The notes under the pieces: model-generated
Database searches by the model: none
What the model saw: the letters and a program-made list of their open reading frames with translations, nothing else
Told to the model about the DNA's origin: nothing
Shown here: piece by piece, positions 59,597 through 64,000 of the stretch
How the letters are laid out: each line of letters starts with the position of its first letter
Numbering within the stretch: position 1 is the first letter of the stretch
Made by a program: the position numbers and the translations under genes
Source of the DNA: the human T2T-CHM13v2.0 reference genome, Homo sapiens
Direction: 5' to 3' (one strand)
DNA: 64,000 bases
Assembly (NCBI RefSeq): GCF_009914755.1
Contig: NC_060926.1

Positions 59597-60164
59597 GCCA
59601 TGAATTTCTCAAATATTAAAAGTGAGGAAGAAGTTAAGAGCTATTATTCCTTTGAAAACTCAAGCAAAAGATGTCTCTTTCCTTGACACTCCCATCATTG
59701 AAGAATTCTTATTCTCAGGTGTCCACTATCCCTCTTGACGATATTTCCCTACGGGTTCCTTCAAATCTGCTAGTCTATAGACATTACACCTCAATCAATC
59801 TGTCCAAAATCTAACTCCACATCTTGCTTCACTCAACTTTCCCATCTCTCCAGGTCATCTATGCCCCCAGTTTCCCCTGTCATTAATCTAATTCATATCA
59901 TTTCCATTCACTCCTAACTGGTACACCATCTTCCACATAATCTGAAATATCAGACTGAGGATTAACTGTCCACTCTCCACCACATCCATCTCTCACAGGA
60001 CTAAGAAGTGGTCCCTGCCATCAAGTAGCTCACTATCTACTCTTCGGTTCATCAAACACCTCAAATTGCTTCCCTTATTTCTATCACATTTAATTTATAA
60101 CCTGGAGACAGTTTCTCAAGACATATTCTGGTCTCACCTACCTCTCTACAGAACAACACAGTGA

Positions 60165-60560
60165 CTACAAGGCATGGGTTCTGGAAGTAAGACTGCCTGA
60201 ATTCAATCCTGGTTTCACCACTTACTACTTACTAGATTTATTGACTTGGGCATTTTTTTTTTTTTTTTTTTTGTAGAGACAGGGTTTTGCCATGTTGCCC
60301 ACCCTGGTCTTGAATTCCTGGTTTCAAGCGATCCACCCACATGGGCCTCCCAAAGTGCTGGTATTCCAGAGGTGAGCCACTGCACCTGACCTGGGCCTAT
60401 TCTTGACCTTTCTTTTTGTGTCTCAGTTTCTGTATCTGTAAAATGGAAATAACAATACCTACCTCGTAAGGTTGTGAAGAGAATTAAAATGAGAATACCT
60501 ATAAAGCACTTAAATAAAATAAGGCCTAGTACATAGTATATACTCTATAAATGGCATCTG
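60165..60560 (+). mobile_element. MIR split by an Alu left monomer (about 60253-60392, minus strand)
   Basis: gactgcctgaattcaatcctgg...[Alu]...tctcagtttctgtatctgtaaaatggaaataacaatacctacctc. Confidence 0.8.
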
Positions 60561-61274
60561 CTATGATTATAACTATTGTTATTAATATCTAATGTTCTCT
60601 ATTATTCTCCAATACAAATCATTTGATGTAGTTTGGCCCGTTTCCTGCATGATCTCTTCTTGCTTATTCCTCCCCCTACCAGGACTTCATTCTTCGATTT
60701 TCACCTCAACTACAGTGCCCTTCCACTTTATCCATTTAAATCTAAACAACACATTAAAGCCAAACTTTCATTCTATCTCTTCTAAAAAGCCTTTATTTGG
60801 CCATGGGCTGCAATTTTTCTGATCTTCTGAACTTTTATTGGGAATTACACAATACTTAATCACAAAATACCCCATATTACTTAACGCTATAATTACTCCA
60901 TACTATTCCCGTATCTAGTCTGCCACCAACTTGAGAAGAGGGATTACATTCTGTTCATCCTCTGTCAGCCATGGTACACAGCTCAGCATGGGTGCTCAAT
61001 AAATACTCCTGAGAAAAACACTAAGATAGAAATGCTATGGTACTAGAAGAAAGCAGCATGATCAAACTCCTTGAAAAGAGACCACAGACAATGTCACCAT
61101 TTCCTCCTGCCTTCTCAATCATTTCTAATTAGGATGCTTTACCAACTACTCTTTCTGAACAGCAATTATACCCTCCTAACTAGACTCAATAGTCTTCTCC
61201 CAGTCCTTATCTCCCCTAGTTCTCTGCTATATATCTGACTCCAAATTACAATCCCAAACTCCTCATGTTTGGAA

Positions 61275-61468
61275 ACAGAGGAAAGACCATGTATAGACAC
61301 CAGGAGAAAACAGCCAACTATAAGCCAAAGAGTGAGGCCTCAGAAGAACCAAATCTATTGAGACCTTGATCTCAGACTTCTAGCCTCCAGAACCGAGAAA
61401 ATAAATTTCCACTGTATAAGCCACCTAGTCTGTGGTACTTTCTAATAGAAGCTATAGCAAATTAACAC
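61275..61468 (+). mobile_element. MLT1A-like LTR 3' half
   Basis: aagccaaagagtgaggcctcagaagaacc...gacttctagcctccagaac...aagccacctagtctgtggtac. Confidence 0.75.
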
Positions 61469-63160
<1,692 letters not shown>

Positions 63161-63428
63161 TAAGATGGAAAGTGGAAAACCAGAATTGAGATTTCCACCA
63201 ACAGGGGGGAGGGGAATTAGAATCAAGGTGGGAGGGGATGGAGGAAGGAAGTCTAGTGGATCTCTGCAATCTAGGTGCTTGGGGATTTTAAAACCATCTG
63301 AGTACAGGTGAACAGTCGTGGGCCCACTCAAAACAGCACATTGGAACGGAGACCCCCGAATAATGCTAGGACTCTGGAAGGGACTGTGCCTTCAGTAAAG
63401 CAAAAACAGTTTTTTTAAAAAAGGGTTA

Positions 63429-63735
63429 GGCCAGGCGCAGTGGCTCAAGCCTGTAATCCCAGCACTTTAGGAGGTTGAGGTGGGAGGATTGCCTGAGCCC
63501 AGGAGTTTGATACCAGCCAAGGCAACATAGTGAGACCTTGTCTATACAAAAAATACAAATATTAGGTGGGCAAGGCGGTGGACACCTGTAGTCCCAGCTA
63601 CCTTGGGAAGCTGAGGTGAGAGAATCACTTGAGCCCAGGAGGTTGAGGCTGCAGTGAGCCTTGATTGTGCCAGTGCACACCAGCCTGGGTGACAGAGTTA
63701 TAACCTGACTCAAAAAAAAAAAAAAAAAAAAAAAA
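63429..63735 (+). mobile_element. AluJ
   Basis: Diverged Alu with A-tail. Confidence 0.9.
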
Positions 63736-64000
63736 GTTACCTACAAGCACAAGAGGATAACAACAAAGTCTGTGTTTGGGTAGAAGAAAAACAGTCCTCC
63801 AAGAATTCAAATCCAAGAGTCATTGCTCTTTTGATTTGGGGTTCAAGTTTGTATTATCTATAAGATGTGGGGAATCCCAAACTGAGAAATTAAAATAAAA
63901 ATCCAAGACCAAAAAGACTCATGAGGTTACTGGAAGAAACAAAAGCAAAACTGTTTTGGAAGGACAGCCACAGTCTCCCACCCACTCCCCACCACCCCCC

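Overview
Primate (human-like) genomic DNA, AT-rich and CpG-poor, lying inside the MAP4K3 (GLK) gene on the minus strand. The only coding sequence I can support is a 58-nt exon at 16925-16982 (ARNVNTGELAAIKVIKLEP-G, kinase subdomain II with the catalytic Lys), which I recognise as MAP4K3 exon 2. Positions 1-16924 are the following intron and 16983-64000 the preceding long intron. The rest is mostly transposon relics: about 32 Alus (one a human-specific AluYb8), many old L1 fragments (mostly antisense to the gene), solo LTRs (two MER4-family, THE1, MST, MLT1A), Tigger2 and MER DNA transposons, MIR/L2, and a 3'-truncated U6 retrocopy. None of the ORFs in the supplied track looks like a real gene, and I see no novel multi-gene system. 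The best leads are: (i) a sense-oriented THE1 LTR with a DUX4 motif, TATA, ATG and splice donor in frame with exon 2; (ii) a 3.7-kb L1 that keeps its 5' end, lacks its 3' end and has a perfect 18-bp TSD; (iii) a 48-bp templated insertion with a snap-back hairpin; (iv) a perfect 42-bp palindrome built inside a MER81; (v) the AluYb8. Subfamily names come from remembered consensus sequences, and repeat boundaries without a TSD are approximate.
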